Part shown: positions 9,161-17,169 of the stretch, in pieces | Layout of the letters: every line of letters begins with the position of its first letter | Numbering within the stretch: position 1 is the first letter of the stretch | Source: Patescibacteria group bacterium | GTDB taxonomy: Bacteria; Patescibacteriota; Minisyncoccia; UBA6257; GWB1-50-10 | Length of the DNA: 64,000 nt | Assembly (NCBI GenBank): GCA_024239035.1 | Contig: JANBVK010000001.1 | Location: forward strand, 107,010-171,009 | Direction of reading: 5' to 3' | The notes under the pieces: generated by a model | What the model saw: the letters and a program-made list of their open reading frames with translations, nothing else | What the model was told of the DNA's origin: nothing | Databases searched by the model: none | Made by a program: the position numbers and the translations under genes

Positions 9161-9625
9161 CTAACCGCTGGTCAAGGCAACCTGATTTTCTGCTTCGATA
9201 CGCTTCGCAACGCTTTTAACGAAAGCCCTGCGCTTCTTTTCATCACCGTGACTATCACCGAGCCTCAACTGGGCAACCTCTTCGCTCCACTGACGAGCCA
9301 CCTCATCCCCTCCAAGTTGGCGCTCAAGGCGTCCCAAGGGAACCAGGACTTTGTCAACAAGAAGATGAGAGAGACTGATGATCGTCATCGTGGAAAGACG
9401 TTCCGGGTCAATCCCAGAAATCAGATCGTAAAACTGGCTTCCAAAACTTCCGTTCTGGAGACACATAAGGCGGTCCACTCCGTTTGCACGTGCCGTTTGT
9501 CGAACCCGTTCGGGTGTCAGAGCAGAGATGACTTCACCCAAATCGCGAATTCCTTGCCTGATCGTCCCGAGTTTCGGAAACTGCTCCTTCTGCGATCCGC
9601 CTTTTCCAGCCCTTTCGTTTGTCAT
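9161..9625 (-). CDS. Hypothetical protein encoded in a locally GC-rich segment (possible foreign origin)
   Basis: 154-aa ORF with protein-like composition and its own terminator. The overlapping + strand ORF 9248..9691 looks like antisense noise. Local GC is clearly above the window average. Confidence 0.45.
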   Translation of the reverse strand: MTNERAGKGGSQKEQFPKLGTIRQGIRDLGEVISALTPERVRQTARANGVDRLMCLQNGSFGSQFYDLISGIDPERLSTMTIISLSHLLVDKVLVPLGRLERQLGGDEVARQWSEEVAQLRLGDSHGDEKKRRAFVKSVAKRIEAENQVALTSG

Positions 9626-9783
9626 AACCCCTCGCTGTGGTGGTTAGGTAAAAGGGTATATACAACGTACCACATTCAGCTTAACTTATAGTAATTAAGC
9701 CGTCAACAAAGCCGTATAGAGACAAAACCGGAATGTGGTAAAATAAAGATTAAAGGTCGCAGTATAATTATCTTTATTTAAAC

Positions 9784-10065
9784 ATGGCAAACACGGTAAT
9801 AAAAAAAGACGGAACTAAGAAGCCTTTTGATAGTGAGAAAATCAGAAAATCAATCGAGTCTGCCGCCGAAGAAGCGGGTCTGGAAAAAGAAAGAATTAGC
9901 GAAATCGTAAACCAGGTTGCAAATGAAACAATGCAATTGGCGGAAGGAAAAGAAGAAATTGCCACCAGCGAGCTTAAAGAAAAAATCCTAAGCACCCTTG
10001 ATACGGTTGAGCCGTCAGTCTCGGCGGCGTGGCGGGAATATGACAGCAAACGCAAAGCCCAGTAA
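9784..10065 (+). CDS. Stand-alone ATP-cone domain protein
   Basis: VIKKDGTKKPFDSEKIRKSIESA matches the ATP-cone signature of the NrdR/NrdD N-terminus. No zinc ribbon. 93 aa. Confidence 0.55.
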   Translation: MANTVIKKDGTKKPFDSEKIRKSIESAAEEAGLEKERISEIVNQVANETMQLAEGKEEIATSELKEKILSTLDTVEPSVSAAWREYDSKRKAQ

Positions 10066-10096
10066 GACTCTTAGTAAATTAGCGGAATATCCACAT

Positions 10097-10137
10097 CAGA
10101 ACCTCCGACAAGGCGTCGGAGGTTCTGATTTCTTACT
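10097..10137 (+). terminator. Rho-independent terminator (13-bp perfect stem CAGAACCTCCGAC/GTCGGAGGTTCTG followed by ATTTCTT)
   Basis: Starts about 30 nt after the stop of the ATP-cone gene. Confidence 0.7.
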
Positions 10138-10180
10138 AAAACCTCTTATATTTCACGAACAATAGTGTTAAAATTAAAGG

Positions 10181-10708
10181 ATGAACTTTAAAAACCCATC
10201 TTTTAATATTCTAATTATCGTAACACTCCTGTTACTTAGCGTCTCAGTCTCTAATGCCCATATAAGCATTGGTGAATACGCCGGAACTCACGCCGTATCA
10301 TTTGACCCCGAGCCGCGCTCACCATTTGTCGGAGAAACGGTGGATATGGATTTCTACCTGCGCGATTTGAGCGGTAACTTTGCAAACGAGCCCTTCTTGA
10401 TAACGGTAAACGTTCAAAAAGTCCTGCCTGATGATTCTGAGATTACAATCTTTACCACCGAACCAGAGATTATAATAGACGGCAACTATAAAACGAATTA
10501 CAAATTTACCGAACCGGGACACTATCGCTTGGAATTTAATTTTCAAAGACCGAGCGAACCAGACATTAGTCGCGAAGGTATTTTTGATATTGAAGTACGC
10601 GATACGACTGGCGGAACCTCTACCACAACTATTCTTATTCTCTTGGTTCTCACTGCTATCCTTGCATTTACTGCCAGTTCTATCTTTACCAAACGCAGGA
10701 CATCCTAA
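10181..10708 (+). CDS. Hypothetical secreted protein with C-terminal TM anchor
   Basis: N-terminal signal peptide and a C-terminal hydrophobic segment followed by KRRTS. Confidence 0.5.
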   Translation: MNFKNPSFNILIIVTLLLLSVSVSNAHISIGEYAGTHAVSFDPEPRSPFVGETVDMDFYLRDLSGNFANEPFLITVNVQKVLPDDSEITIFTTEPEIIIDGNYKTNYKFTEPGHYRLEFNFQRPSEPDISREGIFDIEVRDTTGGTSTTTILILLVLTAILAFTASSIFTKRRTS

Positions 10709-10740
10709 CCCTGAAAACTTACCCGTCAACGGGTTCACTT

Positions 10741-13227
10741 ATGACAGAATCGCACGGAAAAATCAGATGTGTAATAACAAAATTTACGCTTGTTATTGGC
10801 GCTACCGTAGCTTTTTGGTTTCTGGGGATAAATTCAGTTTCCGCCGCCAACGTAAGTGTGGTATTACCAAACGGCGGAGAATGCTTAACCGTCGGCACAA
10901 AATTTACCATAGAGATAGCCTCCGATGCTAATCATGTTGCTCTCTATTATCGGGCTGATGGCGCCCAACCAGCTCATCTTGACTCGTCTTTAATCAAACA
11001 CCCTCTCCAGCAAACAACTTGGGGCTGGACCCCTTCAACCGATGACATCTCTGAAACCGGACGCATTTGGGTAGAGGGCCACCTTAATAATCACAACTCC
11101 ACCGGTGACTGGGATGATTCTAATGCCGACTTTGCGGTACGAGCAGATTGTTCTGGCGGCAACGGCGGCAACGGCGGCAACGGCGGTGGCGGCAGCGTTA
11201 CCAGCGCCGGCGGCAAACTAGCACATCGTCCAGAGATTGAAATTATCTCTCCTAAGAAAGGGGTTTTCAACGACTCAATCAAAATTGATTACAAAGCCAC
11301 AGATAAAAACGATGAACTCGGACAAGAAAACCTAGGTCTGGGTAGCGCTCCGGTTTCTATTTTTTATTCAAAAAGCACTGACGTAATAAGACTTAAGAAA
11401 CTCATTGCTAAAAACCTGCCAGCCGTTGGTTTATATGATTGGGACATTACCGATATCCCCGACAGAGACGACTATGCAATTATAATTGAGGCCACTGATA
11501 ATTCTAAAGAAGTAGGTCAAGCAATTTCTGAAACCTTTTCAATCGACAGCACTGTACCGGTGGTCAAAGTATATTCTTCGGGAGCCGAGATTTCCTGGCT
11601 TACTAAAAATAAAACATATTCCTTTATTGAATACGGCCCAATAAGCAACGAATACACTTCAAGAACTGATTTTGATACTGAGCTTACTAAAGAATACTAC
11701 GCATTAATTGAAAATCTCACAGCAAGCACGACTTATTACTTTCGCACTATCGCAGGACGGGCTTTTGACAAAGAGATAACAGTATCAGAAGAGTTCAGTT
11801 TCTCTACTCCGCTCTCACCAACGCAGGTAAGCGGTTTATTTGGGGTAGCCGGCGCAAGCACTACTCTCCTCTCGTGGATAAACCCTCCCGACTCGGATTT
11901 CCAAGAAACCGCCATTGTAAGAAGAGGAGATCGCTTTGCTAAAAACCAGGAAGATGGAGAAGTTATTTTCCGAGGCGATGAAACTTATTACCGTGATTCC
12001 ACCCTTACAAATGGCACTACTTACTATTATTCTATCTTCAGCATTAACTCTAATAATAATGTCTCTCTGCCAGTTAATATCACACTTACCCCCAAGGATA
12101 ATTTACTGCCGGCGCCGGCTCCCCCGCCGCCCGAGGATGATAGCACAAGCACTCTATCCAGAGTCCGTGCTCCTTCCTCTGAGCCCGGTGAAAACGCCGT
12201 CACTCTGCGCTGGAGGAATCCGGAAAGTGAAAATTTTCTCGGCATTCAAATCATCCGAAATGAAGATTCATTACCAGCAAACGCTTTTGACGGCAAGGTA
12301 ATTTTTCGGGGGCGGACTGAGATTTTCAAAGACTCGGGACTAATGGCTGATAAAAGATATTTCTACGGCATTTTTGTTTTTGGATGGACGAGCAATTTCT
12401 CGTCCGCCGCGTTAACTGCCAGCGTGACTCAGCCGCTCACCCAAACCCCCGAACCATTAACTTCCTCAACGTCCCTCCAAGAATTTGAAGAATTTATTAT
12501 TGAAAACAAGCCAAAAATCATCCAAACAGATATCGCCAAATTACAAAACAAGATTAAGGAACTCTCGTCACTCACCGAAAAAGAGTTAGGAATGATCCTC
12601 TCTGAAATTAAAGAAATACTAAATAAAATTAAGGAAGTTTCTATGTTTGTTGTTCCGGAAAAAATTGAAGAAAAACCGTCCCGCATCACCAAAACGCTTC
12701 AATTTGGCGCGGAAGACGAGGAAGTTAGAACCCTCCAGGAAATACTCAGGGGTTTCCCCGACATTTACCCCGAAGGAATTACAACGGGTTACTTCGGAGA
12801 ACTAACACGAAGGGCAATTCAGCGTCTCCAAACAAGTTTCGGTATCGCATCCTCGGGAGATGAAACAACCAGCGGCTACGGATTGGTCGGTTCGAAAACT
12901 AGAATAGCGCTAAACGCCCTAAAAGAAAGAAAGGTGCAAACCGTAATCATTGAACCTGAAAAATTTAACCCTAAAACTACCATAATACCCGTAGGCGGCA
13001 TAGTCCGTTGGATAAACAACGATACGAATGTTTCCTGGCCGGCCGCAGACATTCACGACACTCACTCCAACTATCCCGAGTCCGGCGGTTGTATCAGCAG
13101 CGCCTTTGATGCTTGTCGGGATTTGCAGAAAGGAGAAGATTACTATTTCATTTTCAATATACCCGGCACGTGGGAATACCACGACCACGTAAAACCTGAC
13201 AGAGTTGGGGAAATTATTGTAAAATAA
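10741..13227 (+). CDS. Large secreted multidomain protein with Gly-rich linker, FN3-like beta-sandwich repeats, peptidoglycan-binding (PG_binding_1-like) domain and C-terminal cupredoxin-like His-motif domain
   Basis: Signal peptide ending SVSA-ANV. A GGNGGNGGNGGGGS linker. Repeated TxYYFRT/TTYYYSIF beta-sandwich signatures. EEVRTLQEILRGFPDIYPEGITTGYFGELTRRAIQRLQ resembles a peptidoglycan-binding domain. C-terminal WINNDTNVSWPAADIHDTHS...WEYHDHV. Confidence 0.6.
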   Translation: MTESHGKIRCVITKFTLVIGATVAFWFLGINSVSAANVSVVLPNGGECLTVGTKFTIEIASDANHVALYYRADGAQPAHLDSSLIKHPLQQTTWGWTPSTDDISETGRIWVEGHLNNHNSTGDWDDSNADFAVRADCSGGNGGNGGNGGGGSVTSAGGKLAHRPEIEIISPKKGVFNDSIKIDYKATDKNDELGQENLGLGSAPVSIFYSKSTDVIRLKKLIAKNLPAVGLYDWDITDIPDRDDYAIIIEATDNSKEVGQAISETFSIDSTVPVVKVYSSGAEISWLTKNKTYSFIEYGPISNEYTSRTDFDTELTKEYYALIENLTASTTYYFRTIAGRAFDKEITVSEEFSFSTPLSPTQVSGLFGVAGASTTLLSWINPPDSDFQETAIVRRGDRFAKNQEDGEVIFRGDETYYRDSTLTNGTTYYYSIFSINSNNNVSLPVNITLTPKDNLLPAPAPPPPEDDSTSTLSRVRAPSSEPGENAVTLRWRNPESENFLGIQIIRNEDSLPANAFDGKVIFRGRTEIFKDSGLMADKRYFYGIFVFGWTSNFSSAALTASVTQPLTQTPEPLTSSTSLQEFEEFIIENKPKIIQTDIAKLQNKIKELSSLTEKELGMILSEIKEILNKIKEVSMFVVPEKIEEKPSRITKTLQFGAEDEEVRTLQEILRGFPDIYPEGITTGYFGELTRRAIQRLQTSFGIASSGDETTSGYGLVGSKTRIALNALKERKVQTVIIEPEKFNPKTTIIPVGGIVRWINNDTNVSWPAADIHDTHSNYPESGGCISSAFDACRDLQKGEDYYFIFNIPGTWEYHDHVKPDRVGEIIVK
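11155..11196 (+). repeat. In-frame hexanucleotide microsatellite (GGCAAC/GGCGGC)n encoding a Gly-Asn-Gly repeat
   Basis: ggcggcaacggcggcaacggcggcaacggcggtggcggcagc. Confidence 0.8.
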
Positions 13228-13235
13228 AAATAAGA

Positions 13236-13775
13236 ATGAAAAAAATTATAACAATCTCAATTGCTGTTCTAATTCTGGGGTTGGCAGCTTTTTTTATCTT
13301 CTTTTATCCGCAGGGAGAACAGGCCCAAGTAGACCTATCTCAAATCCCTCCTACTCCTGCCGTTACCACCTCTCCCGAACCCATCATCCCATCCCAAGAA
13401 GAACCGATCCCTCAAATCCCAGAGACCGAAGAAGAAACAGAAATATCTCTTCCTGTCCCTTCTCCTCCACCTGCGCCTCCCCGGGAACCGCAAGAGTTTA
13501 TCGTAACTATCTACAGCAACGAGAGGGCAGAACCGGCTAACCCAACCATTCGCGTGGGCGACACGGTAACTTTCATAAACGCTGATAATGAACTCCATTG
13601 GCCAGGCGCTGATCCCCACCCGACCCACAGTTCTCTCCCCCCATTTGATGCCCTGGGCGGTATTTCCAAAGGTCAAAGTTTCTCATACACATTTCGAAAA
13701 ACTGGAAGTTTTGGATATCACGAACACCTTCTCGATGACCCACCCACATTAGGTGTAGTCACTGTTCTACCTTAA
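13236..13775 (+). CDS. Secreted/anchored small protein with Pro-rich linker and C-terminal cupredoxin-like His-motif domain (paralogous to the C-terminus of the upstream large protein)
   Basis: FINADNELHWPGADPHPTHS...FGYHEHL aligns with WINNDTNVSWPAADIHDTHS...WEYHDHV of gene 10741..13227. Confidence 0.55.
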   Translation: MKKIITISIAVLILGLAAFFIFFYPQGEQAQVDLSQIPPTPAVTTSPEPIIPSQEEPIPQIPETEEETEISLPVPSPPPAPPREPQEFIVTIYSNERAEPANPTIRVGDTVTFINADNELHWPGADPHPTHSSLPPFDALGGISKGQSFSYTFRKTGSFGYHEHLLDDPPTLGVVTVLP

Positions 13776-13790
13776 TCCTTCTCTCAAATA

Positions 13791-15587
13791 ATGAGGTTTA
13801 AAATCAAAAATATAAGTATTTTCTGGCAGTTCGTATTGCTGGGGGTAATTATATTTACCATCATTGGAATTTTCCTCTCCAGTCTCATCGCCCCGGCGCT
13901 TATCCGCCTTACTCTACAACAACGGGAGCTGACCTCGGTAGTTTTTGCTAACCGGTTGGCTGCTGAATTTCTTTTACCAGAAGATTTTGTAAGGCCTGCA
14001 GAAGGAGAAAGCCGGGAACGCTTTGAACTTTTCGCGAACAACCTGCAAATTCCAGGGTTATTTCGAGTCAAAATCTGGAACCCTGAAGGGATTATTGTGT
14101 ATTCAGATATAGAAGAACTTATTGGGAAAAGGTTTCCATTACGCTCCGAACTTCAAAACGCGTTTAATCTGAAAACAGAAGTTAATTTAATAAAATTCGA
14201 TCCAAACGAACCGCAATATTTCTATGAGCTGTCCTTTGGAGAAGGCATAGAGGCCTACGCACCCCTTACCTTTGGTGCTTCCCCCGAAGTGATGGGAGTA
14301 GTAGGAACCTATGCTCGATCCGGATTCTTGCAGGAACAAATTAACGAAATTAAAAATCGTTTTGTACTAAGTATCGGACTATCTTTGGCTTTAATGTTTG
14401 CCGCACTTTCGTTTATCGTCTGGCGGGCTTCACGTACGGTTGACACCCAACGAAAAGAACTCTCAAAATATGCCACCGGCCTTGAAGAAATGGTAAAAGA
14501 AAGAACCGCCGAACTAGAAGAAGAAAGAACCAAACTCTCACAAATCACTCAACATATGAAAACCGGCGTCATTCTCTTAGATAAACAAGGAAAGGTTGTT
14601 TTTGTAAATAGGGAGGTTAAAGCTATGTTGTCGCTTAAAGATAAGGGAGAAGATAAAGCGCTTGAGATGCTCTATGCTAAATTCCCAAAATTAAATCTCA
14701 AAGAACTTATTTTAAAGTGCCTCTCGGGCCAACCCTCCAACATATCTGAAGCTGAGTCGGACGAGAAAATATTTGAAATATTATCTGGCTGCTTGCCTGA
14801 GCCTGGTAAAGGTTTTTTTGGCCACCTTATTTGGATACGAGACATTACTGAAGAAAAAGAACTTGACCGCGCGAAGACCGAATTCGTCGCCATTGCTTCG
14901 CACCAACTTAGAACCCCTCTCTCTACCATCAACTGGTACACGGAAATGCTCCTCAGCGGTGATAGGGGAAAAATAACAAAAGATCAGGAAACTTATTTGA
15001 AAGAAATCTACCACGGTAGCAAAAGAATGGTTGATTTGATTAATTCTCTCCTAAACGTTTCACGGATTGAATTAGGTACTTTTTCTGTTGAGCCAAAGTC
15101 GGTAAAACTTATAGAAATTGCCGACAGTGTAATAGGTGAACTTTTTCCAAAAATTAAAAACAAAAAATTAAAAATAGAAAAGGAGTATGATAAAGACCTG
15201 CCAATTATGAACGCCGATCCAAAACTTATGAGAATGGTCCTTCAAAACTTACTCGCAAACTCGGTTAACTATACTCCTGAAGGAGGGAGAATAAGTTTAA
15301 CAATTAAAAGACAGGGATCCGATGTATTTATCAAGGTTAGAGATACCGGCTATGGCATCCCCAAGGACCAGCAATCAAAAATTTTTGATAAACTATTCCG
15401 AGCCGACAACGTGATAGAAAAACAAACTGATGGCACGGGTTTGGGTCTATATACAGTAAAAGCGGTGGTGGAGCAATCCGGGGGCAAAATTCGGTTTGAA
15501 TCGGAAGAAAACAAAGGTACAACCTTCTACGTTACAATCCCTCTAAGCGGGATGATAAAGAAAGAAGGAGCCAAAAGACTCACTTGA
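13791..15587 (+). CDS. Sensor histidine kinase (two N-terminal TM segments, HisKA and HATPase_c)
   Basis: H-box FVAIASHQLRTPLSTI. G-boxes DTGYGIP and GTGLGLYTVKAVVEQSGG. Confidence 0.85.
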   Translation: MRFKIKNISIFWQFVLLGVIIFTIIGIFLSSLIAPALIRLTLQQRELTSVVFANRLAAEFLLPEDFVRPAEGESRERFELFANNLQIPGLFRVKIWNPEGIIVYSDIEELIGKRFPLRSELQNAFNLKTEVNLIKFDPNEPQYFYELSFGEGIEAYAPLTFGASPEVMGVVGTYARSGFLQEQINEIKNRFVLSIGLSLALMFAALSFIVWRASRTVDTQRKELSKYATGLEEMVKERTAELEEERTKLSQITQHMKTGVILLDKQGKVVFVNREVKAMLSLKDKGEDKALEMLYAKFPKLNLKELILKCLSGQPSNISEAESDEKIFEILSGCLPEPGKGFFGHLIWIRDITEEKELDRAKTEFVAIASHQLRTPLSTINWYTEMLLSGDRGKITKDQETYLKEIYHGSKRMVDLINSLLNVSRIELGTFSVEPKSVKLIEIADSVIGELFPKIKNKKLKIEKEYDKDLPIMNADPKLMRMVLQNLLANSVNYTPEGGRISLTIKRQGSDVFIKVRDTGYGIPKDQQSKIFDKLFRADNVIEKQTDGTGLGLYTVKAVVEQSGGKIRFESEENKGTTFYVTIPLSGMIKKEGAKRLT

Positions 15588-15635
15588 CCGTTAAACTTCT
15601 AGACTAGTAAAAACTAATTGTTGTATAATTAAACC

Positions 15636-16067
15636 ATGGCAAATCTAGACAAGTCGGCACAAAAAAATAAAACAATTCTAGTTGTAGAGGACGAACGATC
15701 CTTACTTGATGTAGTTAAGGAAAAACTTGAAATTGATGGTTTCAATGTTATAACAGCGCGGTCAGTAGAAGAGGCATTACCTTATTTAGAAGACCCAGAA
15801 AAAATAAGTGTAATCTGGTTAGACCACTACCTTATAGGTAAAGAAAGCGGCTTGGATTTGGTCGCTAGGCTAAAAAGCGGTGATTCAAAATGGAAAAATA
15901 TCCCCATTTTCGTCGTTTCCAATACTGCTAGTAGTAATAATATACGGACATATATAAAATTAGGTGCCTACAAATATTATACTAAAGCTGATTATAGTCT
16001 AAAATCCATTATTAAAGACATTAAAGAATCTATAAAGGAACGGGAACAACAACCAAAACCTAACTGA
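15636..16067 (+). CDS. Response-regulator receiver-domain protein (stand-alone REC)
   Basis: ILVVEDERSLLDVV...VIWLDHYL receiver signature. No output domain. Confidence 0.7.
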   Translation: MANLDKSAQKNKTILVVEDERSLLDVVKEKLEIDGFNVITARSVEEALPYLEDPEKISVIWLDHYLIGKESGLDLVARLKSGDSKWKNIPIFVVSNTASSNNIRTYIKLGAYKYYTKADYSLKSIIKDIKESIKEREQQPKPN

Positions 16068-16079
16068 ATTTCCTAAAGT

Positions 16080-16481
16080 ATGCCCGATAAACCCAAGAAA
16101 ATCCTTATTGTTGAGGACGAAATACCAATGCTAAAGGCATTGGCTGATAAATTTTCCCAGAGTGGATTTGAGACATTTAAAGCAAAAAACGGTGCGGAGG
16201 GTTTAGCTACCGCCCTAAAAGAACACCCTGATTTAATCCTACTTGATCTTATTATGCCAAAAATGGACGGGACGAAAGTGATGGAAAAATTACGGGAAGA
16301 CTCCTGGGGGAAAGACGTTCCAATCATCGTCCTTACTAACCTGAATTTGGAAGAAATGGAAATATTGGAGAAAAGTAAAATACCGGATAAGGTGAAAAAA
16401 GGTAAACCACTTCAGTATTTAGTAAAAACCGATATGAAACTCGAAGACATCTTAGAAAAAGTCAAAAAAGCTCTCGGTTAA
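16080..16481 (+). CDS. Response-regulator receiver-domain protein (CheY-like, stand-alone)
   Basis: KILIVEDEIPMLKAL...DLILLDLIMPKMDG...K receiver motifs. Confidence 0.8.
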   Translation: MPDKPKKILIVEDEIPMLKALADKFSQSGFETFKAKNGAEGLATALKEHPDLILLDLIMPKMDGTKVMEKLREDSWGKDVPIIVLTNLNLEEMEILEKSKIPDKVKKGKPLQYLVKTDMKLEDILEKVKKALG

Positions 16482-16484
16482 AAG

Positions 16485-16519
16485 AAAACACACCCCAGTC
16501 GGGGTGTGTTTTCTTTTGT
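16485..16519. terminator. Rho-independent terminator (ACACACCCC-AGTC-GGGGTGTGT plus TTTTCTTTTGT), possibly bidirectional (A-run on the other side)
   Basis: Directly follows the stop of 16080..16481 and abuts the 3' end of tRNA-Gly on the opposite strand. Confidence 0.75.
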
Positions 16520-16590
16520 GTGCGGGATACGGGAATCGAACCCGTGTCTCAACCTTGGGAAGGTCGCATTCTACCACTAAACTAATCCCG
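16520..16590 (-). tRNA. tRNA-Gly (anticodon CCC), no encoded CCA
   Basis: Minus-strand cloverleaf GCGGGAT...ATCCCGC acceptor, T-arm ACGGG-TTCGATT-CCCGT, anticodon loop UUCCCAA. Confidence 0.8.
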
Positions 16591-16659
16591 CCTTCGCCAG
16601 CCATAGCTGGCTTCGGCGGGCAAGCCCGCTGAAGCATGCGACGGCTGGATATATATTAT

Positions 16660-16974
16660 TTATTGTGATGTACTTGTGACGTTCGGAACAATTATTATTA
16701 ACCCCTCCCCCTCTTCACGATAATTAAATTGGGACTTCAGTTCCTTGAGAAGATTCTCCGGATTCTGGAAATATTCTATCCGAGAAGTGAGCGTCCTATT
16801 CTCTTCCTCAAGTGATTTTAAAACTTCACTTAATTCTGCCGCTTCTTTTCCTAATAAATTTTTCTCCTGCACCAGATTATAAACCCCCCACCCCAAGAGA
16901 GCAATAACTATAATTAAAACCAAAACCTTCCATAACGGCATCACCTCCATTATAACGTCCTTTCGGATTACCAT
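16660..16974 (-). CDS. Septum-formation initiator family protein (FtsB/DivIC-like: TM plus coiled coil)
   Basis: Single TM WKVLVLIIVIALLGWGVY followed by heptad-rich LSEVLKSLEEENRTLTSRIEYFQN. True start may be the internal Met around 16941. Confidence 0.5.
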   Translation of the reverse strand: MVIRKDVIMEVMPLWKVLVLIIVIALLGWGVYNLVQEKNLLGKEAAELSEVLKSLEEENRTLTSRIEYFQNPENLLKELKSQFNYREEGEGLIIIVPNVTSTSQ

Positions 16975-16986
16975 CCAACCAAAAAA

Positions 16987-17169
16987 GTAGTTGATAATCT
17001 TTTCTGTAATATGCCGGAGCGAAGCTATAAATTAACGAATGAAAAACAGAAAAGTAGAAAAACAGCGCTGTTTGAGCGAAACGAGTTCGCTGTTTTTCGT
17101 CAAGCTTTTCTGTTTTGAGGAGTATAATTTATCTGAGTAAAGGCGATTGCAGAGAAGATTATCAACTAC
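16987..17169. repeat. Repeat element family, copy A (about 183 bp, 20-bp terminal inverted repeats, core bidirectional terminator hairpin). 3' TIR overlaps the lepA stop codon.
   Basis: 5' arm GTAGTTGATAATCTTTTCTG and 3' arm CAGAGAAGATTATCAACTAC. Core AAAAACAGCGCTGTTTGAGCGAAACGAGTTCGCTGTTTTT. More than 85% identical to the copies at 48800 and 50523. Confidence 0.75.

Noticed and set aside
9248-9691. Plus-strand 147-aa ORF overlapping gene 9161..9625
   Set aside because: Ser/Leu/Arg-rich composition typical of an antisense frame in GC-rich DNA. The minus-strand ORF has a matching downstream terminator.
11155-11196. Possible CRISPR array (regular short repeats here and at 21465..21502)
   Set aside because: Units are 6 and 12 bp with no unique spacers and they lie inside a coding region or a promoter. 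No cas genes in the window. No CRISPR is present.
11091-11282. Minus-strand ORF rich in Pro/Leu overlapping the Gly-rich repeat
   Set aside because: Antisense reading of the (GGCAAC)n microsatellite. No independent support.
16987-17169. Repeat element as an insertion sequence or transposon
   Set aside because: Only about 185 bp, with no transposase ORF and no flanking direct repeats that I could see. Retained as a MITE-like or structured repeat instead.
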